From the NCBI RefSeq assembly GCF_009914755.1, contig NC_060929.1: a stretch of DNA of 64,000 nucleotides. One strand, written 5' to 3'. This stretch comes from the human T2T-CHM13v2.0 reference genome, Homo sapiens. Position 1 is the stretch's first letter, and each line of letters opens with the position of its first letter. Shown here in pieces: positions 1 through 19,770 of the stretch. Both the position numbers and the translations under genes were made by a program. Below the pieces are notes generated by a model, which made no database searches, was not told where the DNA came from, and worked only from the letters and a program-made list of their open reading frames with translations.

Positions 1-344
1 TTTATTGTCTCACAGTTCTGGAGGCTAGAAATCCAAAATCAAGATACTGGCAGGGCTGGTTCCTTCTGAGGTCTGTGAGGGAAGGATCTGTTCTGGGCCT
101 CTCTTGATCTTTTTAATGATGTTTTCATGTTCACATGGCGTTCTGCCTGTGTGCGTGTCTGTCTCCAAAATTTCCCTGTTTATAAGGACATCAGTCACAT
201 TGGATGAGGGCCTACCTTAATGATCTCATTTTAACTTGATTACCTCTATAAAGACCTTATTTCTAAATAAGGCCACATTTTGCAGTACCGGGGATTAGGA
301 CTTCAACATATGAATTTTTGGAAGACGCAGTTCAACCTGTAACA
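1..344 (-). mobile_element. MLT1 (MLT1A/B-like) MaLR LTR, cut by the window edge
   Basis: Reverse complement begins TGTTACAGGTTGAACTG..CATATGTTGAAGTCCTAA; typical ctcacagttctggaggct motif. Confidence 0.8.
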
Positions 345-2579
345 TGCAGACATATCCCTTATTAGTATCTGATTCTTGAAGAAGTGGAAGTGACAACTGA
401 TGGATTGGGTTGTGGAAATGGGGAATAAAGATGAGAATGATGTCAGATTGGTCAAAAGAATTTTTACTATGTGTCATATATTCAATTGGGTTGGACTTCC
501 TGATGAAAAGTATAGACAACTACAATTGTGGTTCACTAATTTTTATTCATTTATGTTTCAGCAGTAAAGAAATTTTCACATTTATTCTTGGTCACTAGTT
601 TACTTTTTTCTAAGAATAGTCAAGAAAAAAATTTTATTTTAGTTATAGATTATTATTCACTGTTTCATTGTTATGTCTAACCACATGGGGGAGTGTGTAT
701 ATGTGTGTGTATAGTAAATAATATATTCCTCAGTCTAGCTTTGAATGTGCTATAAAAGAAATTAAGGAATAATATTACCCTACAGATGCTTAGTTAAAAA
801 AAAAAGAAGAAGAGAAAAAATCAAATCAGGTAGATACAGCAAATTACAGCAAACTTAAATCAGGTGCATATATCAGGCTACAGCAAGTTACATTGATTGG
901 TGTTCTCCCTTTCATAGAGCAGTGAAATTAAATGGAATTTTATTCTGTTGTGTTTATTTTATGTGGTATCATATATTTCTACATAAAATTTTATCAAGCT
1001 TACTTTAGTGGTTTAGTTTTATTTTGATACTCTAACTTATATACATGTTATTGGAAGAGAAATAGTTCTTACTAACCTGAGTGTATTGGAACATTAAGGA
1101 ATCTGCATCTATATTAAGGCAGCTATTTGAATATTAACTTGAATACCTAGAAAGCATCTGACCAGGATCATTTATCTGTGCATACCAGGTGATGAGTGAA
1201 TATAATTCTATATGAATAACCATATAGCTTTTTTCTTTTGCCGGCTTAGGCTTCCATACTTTCCTCTGTACAAATTTGTAGATAAGGTCTCTATTTTTAT
1301 TTTCATTAGAAGCTGGCAAAATTTGTTTCTATATTTCCAAATGCATTTACTATGTCTAGTAGAAAAGTGCATATCTTTGTCTATATCTACATGTGTGTGT
1401 ATAATATATATGTAATTGTCAACACACATATAGATGAGTTTGAGTGTCATGAGCCTAATGACATTCATTTGTAAGAAAAGAACTCTGGCTATTAAAATTG
1501 CACAGATATTAAAGCTCTGCTTTTTCTTTTGTTTAAAAATAATACACAATGCATATTAAAAGACAAAGTAGCCTTTTTACTTAAAATTTTGGTGTGTTTT
1601 ATTGTGTATTTTATTTGATGCTTAATGTTTGTTAGTATTTTCAGTAGTGTTTGTTGAATCACCCAAGTTATTTGAAAGCTTTGAAATTGCTTTTTTTCTT
1701 CCTTGAGATGAATCACCCCATATAGTAATACAGCATGTGTGTTTTATTATAGTTGATGTTTTTATGTGGACATGTAGCTGTATGACCACATAATTATCAC
1801 TGCCTATAACTTTGGACTGAGCAAAGACATTTTTAGAGAAATTACACTTCTAGTTTAAATTTTATTTAATAATATATAGCATTTTTTACTCATTCTTGGA
1901 TGAGTCAGTACATATACTAAAACAGTAAATTCATTTAGATTTGAACTGCATCACCCATTTATTTGATGCCTAACAACATTCTGTTTTTATATATGAAATA
2001 GGTTCCTGTTTCTAAAGAGTTTGGATTCATTTTTAGAAGATAGTATTTACATACACATGTAAATTAAAGGATAGAATAAAGAATAAAATGTTCAAACCAA
2101 TGCAGCCAAATGTTTAGGCTATATACAGATAGGGAAAATAGTATTATTAGGCAAATTAGTTTGACCACTCATTGTAAGATTAGGAATCGTTAAAGACTTT
2201 GAATGTAGAGAAGAACATCAGATGAGCTGAATGTTAAAGTCCTTAAGCTCTACATTCATATCATTTTTGTTTGTTTGTTTTGAGACTAGCCAACATGTCT
2301 TGTGACTAACAATGACAGGTTAACATATTGACTATTTGATATATATGACCCGGGAGAATCTAGTTTATTTCCAAAAATAATTTCACATGACATTAACTTC
2401 ATTGACTAAAAATGTCAGAATGTTTGGAATCCATATGGTTTCAAAAACTGAGCAAAAGACTGACAAAAGGAAAGAGAAATTATAACTTTCAATATCCTTA
2501 ACTTATATTTCCAACTAGTTTCACTCACTCTTATGTAATCACTTTTTAAAATCAAACAATTGCATGCAGATATCATTAA

Positions 2580-3218
<639 letters not shown>

Positions 3219-3253
3219 TTTTTTTTTAAATTTTGGATGGGTTGCGTAGCTTC

Positions 3254-8558
<5,305 letters not shown>

Positions 8559-9284
8559 TTTTTATAGAGAAAGTTTAGACCTCTGGTCTACATGGTGTGT
8601 GTGGGTGTGTTTGCACACATACACACACATATACATGTTAATGTAACAACCTAAACATACTTAATTTCTCACTGTGAAAGAAAGAGTACTTTGTATTTCA
8701 TACTGCTTCATTTTTGCTAGTACTAATATTTACTGACCCTTTCATTGGTTACATTTGTAACTTTAAATGCTATGCTTAACTCTCTGTTTCCTGTTCCATC
8801 ACTTTAGACGTGTATATAGATAGCTCTATAGGTAATGACTGGTGGAAATTTTCTTTGTTTGTACTCACACTTAGTAACATTTTGTAAATTTTAACACTGA
8901 GACCAGGCACTTTACACCCAGGTGCTAATATCATACCTGATGCTTAATAAGACTCAATTATTTGTTGAAGGTATGTTTGTTTTCCAGGAGCTTCACTGTC
9001 ATGTTTGAGGAGTCTCATGTTGCTCTTTACAGTTGATGTTATAGCCCAAGTATTTCTTATCCCACATATGTCAAACAGAGTAAATCAGAATTTATGTAAA
9101 CTGATTTTATTTGTGATAACTTGCTGAAATATTTTCTATTTATTTTCAAACTCCAGTGGACACTCTTGTGAAACACATTTTGCTGTCTGTGGAGTTGAAG
9201 TTGTTGCATTGGAGATGACTTAGGCATTCCTTGCAGGGTCACAGTTTTGGTCGCCAAAGTAGAAGTCACTCAGACCCTCAACAA

Positions 9285-9500
9285 TTAATTGAAGAACATC
9301 TTAATTGATACATCACTGTGCTAGGAAGTGGTTATGTAGTGGTGAATAAAGCAGTCTTGGTTGCTGCCCTCAGAGAACTTAGTGGGAGAGACAGATGAAT
9401 AAACCCCACATAAACATATACATCAGCACATAGGAATGCAAATTAAGGTAAATGATTTGAAGGAAAAGAACAAGTTATTTGAGACACAAACTGGAAGTAG
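9285..9500 (-). mobile_element. L2 3' fragment
   Basis: cactgtgctagg..gtgaataa..tgccctcagagaactt..gggagagacag motif. Confidence 0.6.
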
Positions 9501-9579
9501 GACTCTAAATCTTGAGATTTCATTCATATGGCTAATAATGAATGTTAAGCACCCTTGAATCTTTTGAATTTCTCTAAGC

Positions 9580-9768
9580 CAGTGGTTCTCAAACTTGAAT
9601 ATGCATCAAAAGCATAAGAAATGTTTGTTAAAAGACAGGTTTCTGGGCCCCATCTTCAAAGTTTGTTATTCACTAGGTCTGGGCTAGCCATGAAGATTTG
9701 CATTTCTCGTAACTTCCTAGGTGACTGTGATTCTGCTGATCCAGAGAACCACACTGCAAGAACCACTG
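9580..9768. mobile_element. MER5A MITE, followed by a degraded MER5-like copy to about 9940
   Basis: Terminal inverted repeats CAGTGGTTCT..AGAACCACTG; length 189 bp. Confidence 0.85.
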
Positions 9769-10376
9769 ATCTCAGATAATGGTTTATATCACATTGGAAT
9801 CACATTTAGAACCTCAACAAAATATTCATATTTAGTTCTTTTTTGCTGTACATTTTGATTCAGTTATGTCCTAAACATGGGACTTTAAAAAATACTCCCA
9901 GGTAATTCTAGTGTGCAGCTAGAGTTGTGGGCTATCAGTTTAGTCTGTGAATATGCATATACATACAGTTTCTTAGAGGGGCATCTAAACAGTGGTAAGA
10001 AAGCGGGGAGGACATGGGGAAAAGGCTGGAGCAGGAGGTTTCAGTAAAGAAGTACCTGACCTAAGCCTTTAAAAATTAAGGTTTAAAGTACGGTACCTGA
10101 ATTTAAGGCTTAAAAGTTATTTGTCAACACCATCAGTTGACACAGAGAGAAGAGAGTATGTCAGACAGAAGAAACAGGCGATGGCACATAAACATGTAGG
10201 AGTAGGTTTTGTTTCATGAAGTTTAATCCTAGGTGGTAAATTTGTTGCATATCTGAAATGTAACCATTCTGATATTGTTTGCTATGTCAGAAACAGAATA
10301 ATAATTTATTTTATAAATAAATATAAACTATGCCATATTAAATAATTTTTATTCATTAATTTGTTCTATTTGATAG

Positions 10377-10511
10377 GATGAGAAGAAGAAACCGAAAGAC
10401 TAGGAGATATGGAGTTTTGGACACTAACATAGAAAATATGGAATTGACACCTTTAGAACAGGATGATGAGGATGATGACAACACGTTGTTTGATGCCAAT
10501 CATCCTCGAAG
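10377..10511 (+). CDS. FAM174A: FAM174A (TMEM157) internal coding exon (exon 2), encoding the cytoplasmic tail
   Basis: Acceptor ttctatttgatAG ends at 10376 and donor GTAAGT starts at 10512. The 135-nt phase 2/2 exon translates (R)[44 protein letters not shown](R), which I recognise as the FAM174A C-terminus. Confidence 0.95.
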
Positions 10512-10724
10512 GTAAGTATTCCAGTAGTTTAATTCCATGAATCAGGAAGCAAGTCCTTGCCAAGTAAACTGAAGAAGTAAAGTAGACTTTCATTTAACAG
10601 CTTATATTCCAACACAGTTTCTTCAGTTCTGTTTACTGAAGTTCTTTTTGCTATCTACCCCATAGCTCACATTCACGTTGTTTTGCTCAAATAGATACAA
10701 ACAATAGAATACCATCTCAAAATA

Positions 10725-10870
10725 TTTTTTTTAATTTATTCTTCTGTTTTTATCTTTTATTTTAAGTTCAGGGGTACAAGTGCAGGGTCGTTACATAGGT
10801 AAACTTGTGTCATGTGGTTTTGTCGTACAGATTATTTCATCACCCAGTTATTAAGCCTAGGACCCATTAA
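10725..10870 (-). mobile_element. Short older L1PA 3' end
   Basis: ttttaagttcaggggtaca..ttacataggtaaac..acagattatttcatcacccag. Confidence 0.8.
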
Positions 10871-12193
10871 CTTCTTCATTCTTGCAATATGTATTAACTT
10901 GGGTGTGTGTGTGCATGTGTGTTTGTGTGCGTGTGTGTTTGTGTGTGTGTGTGTGAGAGAGAAATACTTATTAAATTTAATTTCCTTTTTGTATTCTGAA
11001 GATATTTTCTTTTTAGTTTGGGTTCTAGTGTTTGTAAATAGTGCTGCCTTGCAGAATTGGGGGACTAATTGTTTATGGTCTGATCATGTAGCTGTAATAT
11101 ATATACTGAGATCTATTCTCAGTAAGTGTTAAGACCTTTCCTAAGAGGTTTAGATAAATAAAATGACATGAGTATAGAATAAATGCCAATGTAAATAGAA
11201 TGGGGAAAAAAGCCAACAAAGATTCAACCTAATAAGGAAAGACATCTTGGAATCCAGAGGGATTACTTGGGTGAAGGAGAATTAGAGTCCAGAGTCAGGT
11301 ACAAATGCAAAGAAAACAGAAATCTTAGGATTACAGAAAAGAAGATGACTCAACAAAAATTGGACTACTAAGTCCTGTATATCTATATTTATATCTATAT
11401 ATGTCTATCCATCTATCTATCTAAGCTGTTTATATATATGCACACACACAAAGGAACTTTTAGTAATGCTGATAATTTGTTCATTTAATACAAATATGTT
11501 CATGAATTATACATTTTAATAGTATTACAGCCTGAATAGGCAAACATGAACAAAACAATTGCATCTGTTCTTCAGGCACTCACTTTCAATTAAAGACGCA
11601 TATAAGATGAAAGAAAAGGGACAGAAACTGATATTCCATGCAAATGGTAACCAAAACAAAGCAGGGGTTGCTAAATTTATATCAGACAAATTAGATTTTA
11701 AGTCAAAAACTATCTCTTGAGACAAAAAAAAAAAAGATCATTACATAGTAAAGGAGTCAATTCACCAGGAAGATATGACAATTAGTATGACTCTATCAGA
11801 GCACCTAAATTATAAAGCAAATATTGACAGATCTGAAGTAGGAAATTGACAGCCATAAAATAATTTATGGGACTTTAATATCCCACTTACAATAATGAAT
11901 AGACTATCTAGACAGAAAATCAATAAAGAAACCTCTGACTTAAACAACACTGTAGACCAGTGGACCTGACAGACATATACAGAACTTTGCACCCAACAGC
12001 AGAAGAATTCACATTCTTCTCAAGTGCCCATGGGATGCACTCTGAGATAAATCATCTTAGGTCACAAAACAAGTCTTAACAACTTTAAGAAGATTGAAAT
12101 TATTCCAAGTGTCTTTTCCAACCTCCATGGAATAGAAATAGAAATCAATAACAGCAGGAAAACAGGAAAAATTATAAATATGTGGAAACTAAA

Positions 12194-12585
12194 CGATATA
12201 GTTTGAATAAACCTCCAGGCCAAATCTCATGTCAATTGTAACCCTCCATGCTGAAATTGAAGCCTGGTCAGAGATGTTTGGGTCATGGGGACTGATCCCT
12301 CATGGCTTGGTGCTGTCCTTGTGATAGTGAGTTCTTGCAAAATGTGGTTGTTTTAAGTGTGTAGCACCTGCTCCTCCTTGCTCCTATATTTGCCGTTTGA
12401 AGTACCTGATCCCATTTCACCTTGCACCATGAGTAAAAGCTCCCTGATATATGCTCAGAAGCCAAGCAGATGTCAGCACCATGCTTGTATAGTCTGCAGA
12501 ACCACGAGCCAATTAAACCTCTTTTCTTTATAAATTACCCAGTCTCAGGTATGTCTTTATAGCAATGAAAGAATGGACTAATACA
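12194..12585 (+). mobile_element. MST (MSTB-like) MaLR solo LTR
   Basis: (t/c)gatatagtttg..ccaattaaacctcttttc..gactaataca; TSD CTAAA/CTGAA. Confidence 0.85.
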
Positions 12586-14074
12586 CTGAACAACACACTC
12601 TTGAGCAATTATTGGGTCAAATAGGAAATCAAAGGGAATTTTAAGAGCTATTTTGAGACAAAAAAAAAATGGCATAACAAAACTTATGGGATGCAGCAAA
12701 AGCATTGCTAGGAGAGAAGTTTATAGCAATAAATGCTTATGCTATGAAAGAAGAAAGACTTCAAATAAACAACCTAGCTTTACCCTTTCAGAAAGTGGCA
12801 AAAGAAAAACACTTTAAGCCTAAGCCTAAAATTAGCAGAACGAGGGAAATAATTAAGATTATAATAGAAATACATTAAATAGAGTTGAAAAAGACAATGA
12901 GAAAAATCAATAAAATTAAGATTTTGCGTATAGAAAAGATAAAATCAATAAACCATTAGCTAGACTAAGCAAAAAAGAAAAGGCTCAAATAAATAAAATC
13001 AGAAATAAAAGAGAAGAAATTACAATGGGTACCTCAGAAATTAAAGAAGACATGAGACTACTATGAACAATTATATGCCAACAAATTTGATAACCTAGAA
13101 AAATAGATAAATTCCTAGAAACATACAATCTATGAAACTTGAATCAAAAAGAAATTCGAAGTCCAAACAGACAAGTAACAAATAAGGAAATTGAATCAGT
13201 AGTCAAAACCTTCCAACAAAGAAATGTCCAAGACCATATGGCTTCATGGGTAAATTATACCAGACATTTAAAGAAGAATTAATACTCGTCCTTCTCAAAT
13301 TATTCTGACAAATAGAAGAAGAAGCACTTTAAAACTCATTTTATGAGGCTAGTGTTATCCTGATACCAAAGCCAGACGAAGGAAAGCAAACCGCAGGCCA
13401 ATACTCCTGATGAACATGATACAAAAGTCCTCAATAAAATGCTAGTTACCCAAATTCAGCAGCATATTAAAATGATGATACACCATGATTAAGTGGGATT
13501 TGTCCCTGGAATGCAAATATCTTTCAACACATGCAAATCAATGCAATAGAACACATTAATAGGTTGAAAGAAAAAAAGCCACAAGATCATTTCAGTAGAC
13601 ACAGAAAAAGCATTTGACAGTGCTATCCACATAGACAAATGAGGTTGCATCAAACTAAAATGCTTCTGCACAGCCAAGTAGATAATCATCAGAGTGAAAA
13701 GGAACTTTAATAATGGGACAAAATATTTATAAACCATATATGTATATACATATATATATGAGTTAATATCCAAAATTTATAAGGAGTGCATGTAAGTTAA
13801 TAGCCAAAAATCTCACATAATCTGATTTTAAAATGGGCACATGACCCCTGTACTCTGTTGGTGGGAATGTAAGTTGGCACAGCTGTTATGGAAAGCAGTA
13901 CAGAAATTCCTCAATAAATTAAAAATATAATTACCTTATGATTTAGCAGTTTTGCTGCTGGATATATATCCAAAGGAAACCATTATTACATAGAGAGATC
14001 TGCACTCCCATGTTCACTGCAGCATTATTCATATTAATCAAGCTGTGGAAATAACCTAAATGTGCATTGACAGA

Positions 14075-14438
14075 TGTATTAGTCCGTTTTCATACTGCTT
14101 GGAAGAAATATCGGAGACTGGGTAATTTATAAAGAAAAAGAGGTTTAATGGACTCACAATTCTGCATGGCTAGGGAGGCCTCACAATCATGGCAGTAGGC
14201 AAAGGAGGAGCAAAGGCACATCTTACATGATGGCAGGCAAGAGAGCATGTGTAGGGGAACCACCCTTTATAAAACCATCAGATTTCATGAGACTTATTCA
14301 ATATCATAAGAACAGCATGGGAAAAACTTGCCCCTGTGTTTCAATTACCTCCCACCAGGTTCCTTCCATGATACCTGAGGATTAAGGGAGCTACAATTCA
14401 AGATGAGATTTAGGTGGGGGCACAGCCAAACCATATCA
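14075..14438 (-). mobile_element. THE1 (THE1C-like) solo LTR
   Basis: tgtattagtccgttttca..cacagccaaaccatatca; perfect 5-bp TSD ACAGA at 14070 and 14439. Confidence 0.92.
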
Positions 14439-14464
14439 ACAGATAAATGAATTTGAAAAGTATG

Positions 14465-14495
<31 letters not shown>

Positions 14496-15829
14496 TATAA
14501 TATATATAATTACATGTATGATATACTATTGAATATTATTCAGCCTTAAAAAAAAGAAAATCTGGACATTTGCAACAACATGGATGAACATGGAGGAATT
14601 TATGTTATTTGAAACAATCCAAACATAGAAAGACAGATATTGCATTATCTCACTTATATATGGAATCTAAATAGTCAAGCTTATAGTAGTGAATAGAGTA
14701 GGGGTTAACAGGGGCTGCAGAGAAGGGAAAACAGGAAGATGTTAGTCAAGGGATCCAAAATTTTAGTTATGCAAAATGAGTAAGTTCATTTATGCAAGAT
14801 GAATAAGCTATGCAAGATGAATAACTTGTACAGCAATGTGAATATAGTTAACAATACAATACAGTAGTGTATACTTTTAAGTTTGCTAGGAGGGTAGATG
14901 TTAAGTGTTCTTGATACACACAAAAATATGTTAATCTCAAGAGGTGATGGATATGTTGATTAGCATGATTGCAGTGATTGTTTCACGTAGTATATGCACA
15001 TCATGCACATCATAACATCATAACATTAAGGTAAACACCTTAAGCATATCCAATTTTTATTTACCAATTATACCTCAGTAAAGATGGAGAAATAAAAAGT
15101 TCATGAAACAGTTGTAATCTATGCTAATCATCAATTCTATAGACCATAAAAAGTCATTTTGAAAATTTTAAGACAAGGGAAACTTTGATTACAAAGTTAC
15201 GTTTTGAAGATTACCCTGACTGCATGGGTTGAAGGAGACCACGATAAAGAGTAAGGTGACAAAGAAGAAAAGTAGTTAGATGGTGCAAATGCATGGGATG
15301 ACTTGCATTACAGTTACAGCAGGAAAGGCAGAGAGGAGTGAATTATTTAAGCAGCTTTGGAAGGTATTAATTACCTTCCTTAATTACCATCTTAACCAAG
15401 ATGTAGGTCCTGTTTCGAAAGTGAAAGAACAAGAATTGGTTATAATAATGGTAAAGCATGTTTCAGGGATAAGAATGAAATCATCTTGAGTTATTTAGTA
15501 ATCTGACCCAATTTACTTAATAAATAAGGCAAAACTTCTTTAATATATATCTAAATAAAGTGACAGGAACAGCACATTACTATTTACCTATTCATTAATT
15601 TATCTAACAAATGAATGATGTAGCAGCTATCTATTTGCCAAGCACTGGTCTATGTGTTTGAGATACATTAGAGAGCAGAACAAAACAAAACAAAACAAAA
15701 AAATCTGACTTTGTGAAGTTTGACTGCCAGTGGGGAAAAGATGAGTTAGAGAGGTTAACAGTTTATTTTTCATCTTCAGTTTTCCTTCTATATCTATCTG
15801 ATTTTTTTCTTCGAGGAGCATATATTCAT

Positions 15830-17925
15830 GCGTTACTTTTTTAAAAATTATTTTTGTCTGGAAATAATTTTAAACTTACAGAAAGTTTACAAGAATAAAA
15901 ACAGTACAAAATATTCTATACTTGTTTTCCAGATTTACTAGTTATTAGCATTTTATCTTATTCTCTTGATCTTTTTTTCTCTCATAATATGTATACAGAA
16001 GAATTCATCCCTCTCATTTTGTATTTATCTGATGTTCTGATGTTTCCTCATAATTAGATTCAGGTTCTTCATTCTTAGTTGAAATACTACTTAGTTAATG
16101 CTCTCTCCTAAAAGTATCATATCTGGAAACACAGATGTCCACTTGTACTTCATTAGCAGTGATAATTTTTATGCACCTGTTTAAGGTTTTCCTTAATTTC
16201 TCCACTGTGTTAATGACTTTTCCCCTCCATAACTAATAAGGAAACATTTTACAATCATGAAAATATCATATTTCTCATCTAAATTTCTCCCTATGTTTAA
16301 CATCTGTTCATCACAATTCTTGCCTGATCTAATCTTCGTTATGAAAGTTAGAACATAATTATTTTCAAACTTCATTATTTGTTTTCTGTTTACCAGTCAG
16401 CATTGACATTCTCCTATAAGTAAAAACCTTCCCTTCTTCCTTGTCTATCTATCATCAATATGTAATGATGATTTTCTCTTTTTCAAAGGTTCATAATTCA
16501 TTGCTGTACTTATTTTAGTGCACATGTTGTCCCAGATGTGGTCAGTGGGAGCGTCTTCAAAATGGTTTCTGTCCTTGTAACTCGGTCCCATGTTTTTTAA
16601 GTGCCTCCTTACTTTCCAGCCTCATCAGATGTTCTAGACTCTTTTGGATTCAGCCTTGAAATCAGGCATTTCTCCATAGAGCCCTGGTTTCTTTGAATGG
16701 GCACTAGGTAAACTCTTTGCAACTGGGTTGACTTTGTTTCTGGGCCTTTCAGCACACAGTTCCATTAAATGTATGTATTTATGTATATAATACATAAATA
16801 CACCTGTGTCCATGTGCTTGCTATACACACATATATGTGTACTTTAGATATTATCACTTCACACTTCCCATTCCAGTTTATCTCTCCTGGGTTCTTTTTT
16901 GCCTGCTTCCTTTCCATAGTTGTGTTTTTCTACTGTCATGAGATCTCTGGCTTCAATACTTTTACTAATTGGTTCAGTCTTATAATAAAACTGAATTAGT
17001 TTCTGAGTTTCTTTGCCTATTAAAGAATTGCTTTGCTTAAAAAAAACTTTCTAAAAAAAAATGAAAGTTTGCAGTTTTCTCCTCACTGTCCCATCATGTC
17101 CAGTACTAAGGATATATAGTCAGATACTGTGTTCATAAATAATTTGGCTTAGTTCTTTCCCACACTCCTCTTCAGTGTGCTCATAGTAGTCATTTGAAAT
17201 ATAATTTAATTTATTTTAGTTTGCTTTCTGTTTTAGGTTTCTTCTTCCTTTCCTATTTTTATTTTATTTTATAAGGAAAACACTAACATGCTTCCAAAAG
17301 TTAATACTATACATGAAACTTAAACACACACAAAAATATACAGACACACACAAAAGTTCTAGTCTGTCTTGTATACTTTCCACTCTCTACTCCATTCTTC
17401 CCACCTCATCCTTTGAAGACAAACAACTTCATTATTTTCTGGTTTATCTTCCCTATAGTTTTTTTGGTAAAAGTTGACAGAAACATGTATTTCTTATGTT
17501 TACCTCATTTCTTACATAAGATGTAATATGCTATATATGCTGTATTATACTTTTTTGTTGTATTTGATATTTTCTATAAGTCATGCCATATATGTATGTA
17601 TTATAATCACAATAGAGTAATATGTAGCTATAAGTCATGCCATTTACTATGTCATATGTATATGAACATATATGACATAGAGTTACATATTACTCTATAG
17701 AGGCTATTATTATATATATATATTTACAGCTGCATATTATTCAATAGTGGCTATAGCATAATAACCATGGTTTATTCAATCACCTATGGTTTGACATTTA
17801 GGTAGTTTTTAGTTGTTTTGTAATTATAAATAGTACTGCAAGGAATAACTCTGTGCAAATGTGTTTTTGTATTGTTGGAGGTGGATTTTCAGGGTAAATT
17901 TCTGGGAGCAGAATTATGGGTCAGA
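15830..17925 (-). mobile_element. Old L1MC/ME 3' region, degraded
   Basis: gtcccagatgtggtcagtgggag..cagccttgaaatcaggcatttctcca motif, and a 3'-ORF2-like segment near 17700-17920. Confidence 0.6.
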
Positions 17926-19109
17926 TAATGTGAAATCAGTTTTAATGATGAGAAATTGAAGGTGCCTATAAGATGATATCCTACTGGGCAGAGCAAATTG
18001 GATAGATTCATTCTTTCATTAAAAGCACTGATTAACTACCATGTGCCCCAGGCACTCTACTAAGCTCTGGGGATGTATACAATAGTGCACAAAAATGGAC
18101 AAAATGCTCAGCCTCAGGCATTTAACAATCATATATACACATACATATATATGGAGATATATATATATATATCTCCACAGTGCAGAATGAAGGAGTCTTA
18201 GATATGGAGTTGGGATTCACAATTTTTGGGTTTTGACTAAATCGGGAATAATGCTCTTCTCTAAGCCAGATTTACTTTTCTCTTTTAAAATGAGCAATAA
18301 GGATGGATATTTCAGGGCATAAAGAAGCAAAGAATAGTCATACAGTTTTTCTATTCTCCTTTTATTCTCTTCTTGAAACAATATCAAACATCATTTAAAT
18401 TACACTCACACTAATTCTAGACATCTGTGCTATTTTTTTCAGAGTCTAAAACACAGAGGTCGGGTGACTGTAATTTGGGGAAGGTGGCCACATTTCTACC
18501 ACATAACAGCATTTTTAAAGAGGTGTGAGAAGAGGTGTGTTTATTCCTATTACCTTCTGTGGCTTAGACATTTTTTTCGGTAATGAGATATACATTCCAA
18601 ATACCATTACTTTATTTGAAGAAGGACCCTATCTGACTTTTTAATTCAATGGGCAGAACTCGATCTGATTTTTTAATGTTGATATTAGAGATTAAACATG
18701 CATTACACTATCAATTCATTAAACATTTTAAACTTTTCTTGTGTGAAAGCTGCACACTGATCTTATTGTGGCTCACTTCAGTAAAAAATGATACTCATGT
18801 TTAATACCATTTTCCCCCAAGTAAATTGGAAGAAAAAGTCTATACTTATGTGGAGATATAAGATCTCTTTAGTCATTGAAATAGGAACTTGACCAAGGAT
18901 TTCCCAGAACAGCTATATAATGCCTACATCTTAATCTCTTAGATCCTTTAAATCTGTTCAGTTACATGACAAAGATGGCCAAAGATTGCAGAGGGAATTA
19001 AGATTGCTAATAGGTGGATTTTAAAATAGTTGGATATCCCGGATTATATGCATATAATATATCAAATTATTTTTATTGCTGTAGCATTGTAGGAAGTAAA
19101 TATCAGATA

Positions 19110-19770
19110 AGGCTTGCCCCAATATTAAGTAGGTTAGCTGTCAGTTTTTTTGATATTGCTTGTTAGCATAAGTAAATTTCTTACTATTTCTAGATTGCTA
19201 AGAGTTTTTATCATGAATAGTGTTGAATTTTATCATATACTTTTTCTGCATGTACTGAAAGTGATTGTTTTTTTCCTTTCTGTAAATAAACATGGTGAAT
19301 TTCATTAATTGATTCTTGAATGTTAAACCAACATAATAGTCCTGAGACAAATCCTTCTTTGTCATGGTACCCTTCTATATATCGTTGGGTTCAATTCACT
19401 AATGTTTTCTTAAAGTATTTTTGTCTGTAGTTTATAGAGTTTATATGTACATATACATATATATGTGTGTGTATATATATATGTGTGTGTGTGTGTCTTT
19501 TATATTATCTTTATCATGTTTTGATATTAGGGTTTGCGTTTCTCATAAAATGTGTTGGGAAGTGATCCCTTTGCATCTATGTATTTAAAAAATCTGTGTA
19601 ACACTGCCATTATTTCTTCCTTAAGTATTTGATAGAACAAATGAGTGAAACTGTTAAGTGAAGGGACTTTTTTATTGGATGGGAAGAGTTATTTAATATA
19701 CATAGAGCTATTCAGATTTTCTGTTACTTCTCATGTAATTGTAAATTGCTTTATCAAGAAATTTGTCCAT
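19110..19770 (-). mobile_element. L1ME ORF2 fragment
   Basis: Degenerate antisense RT-region sequence (gagtttttatcatgaat..tgttgaattttatca). Confidence 0.65.

Larger units (their letters stand above)
11525..15098 (+). mobile_element. Old L1MA-type element (ORF2 remnants + 3' UTR), internally deleted and interrupted by two LTRs
   Basis: Degenerate EN/RT sequence (catgcaaatggtaaccaaa; cagaaaaagcatttgaca), a jump at about 13620 to the C-terminal region, and a 3' end tacctcagtaaagatggagaaataaaa. Confidence 0.85.
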
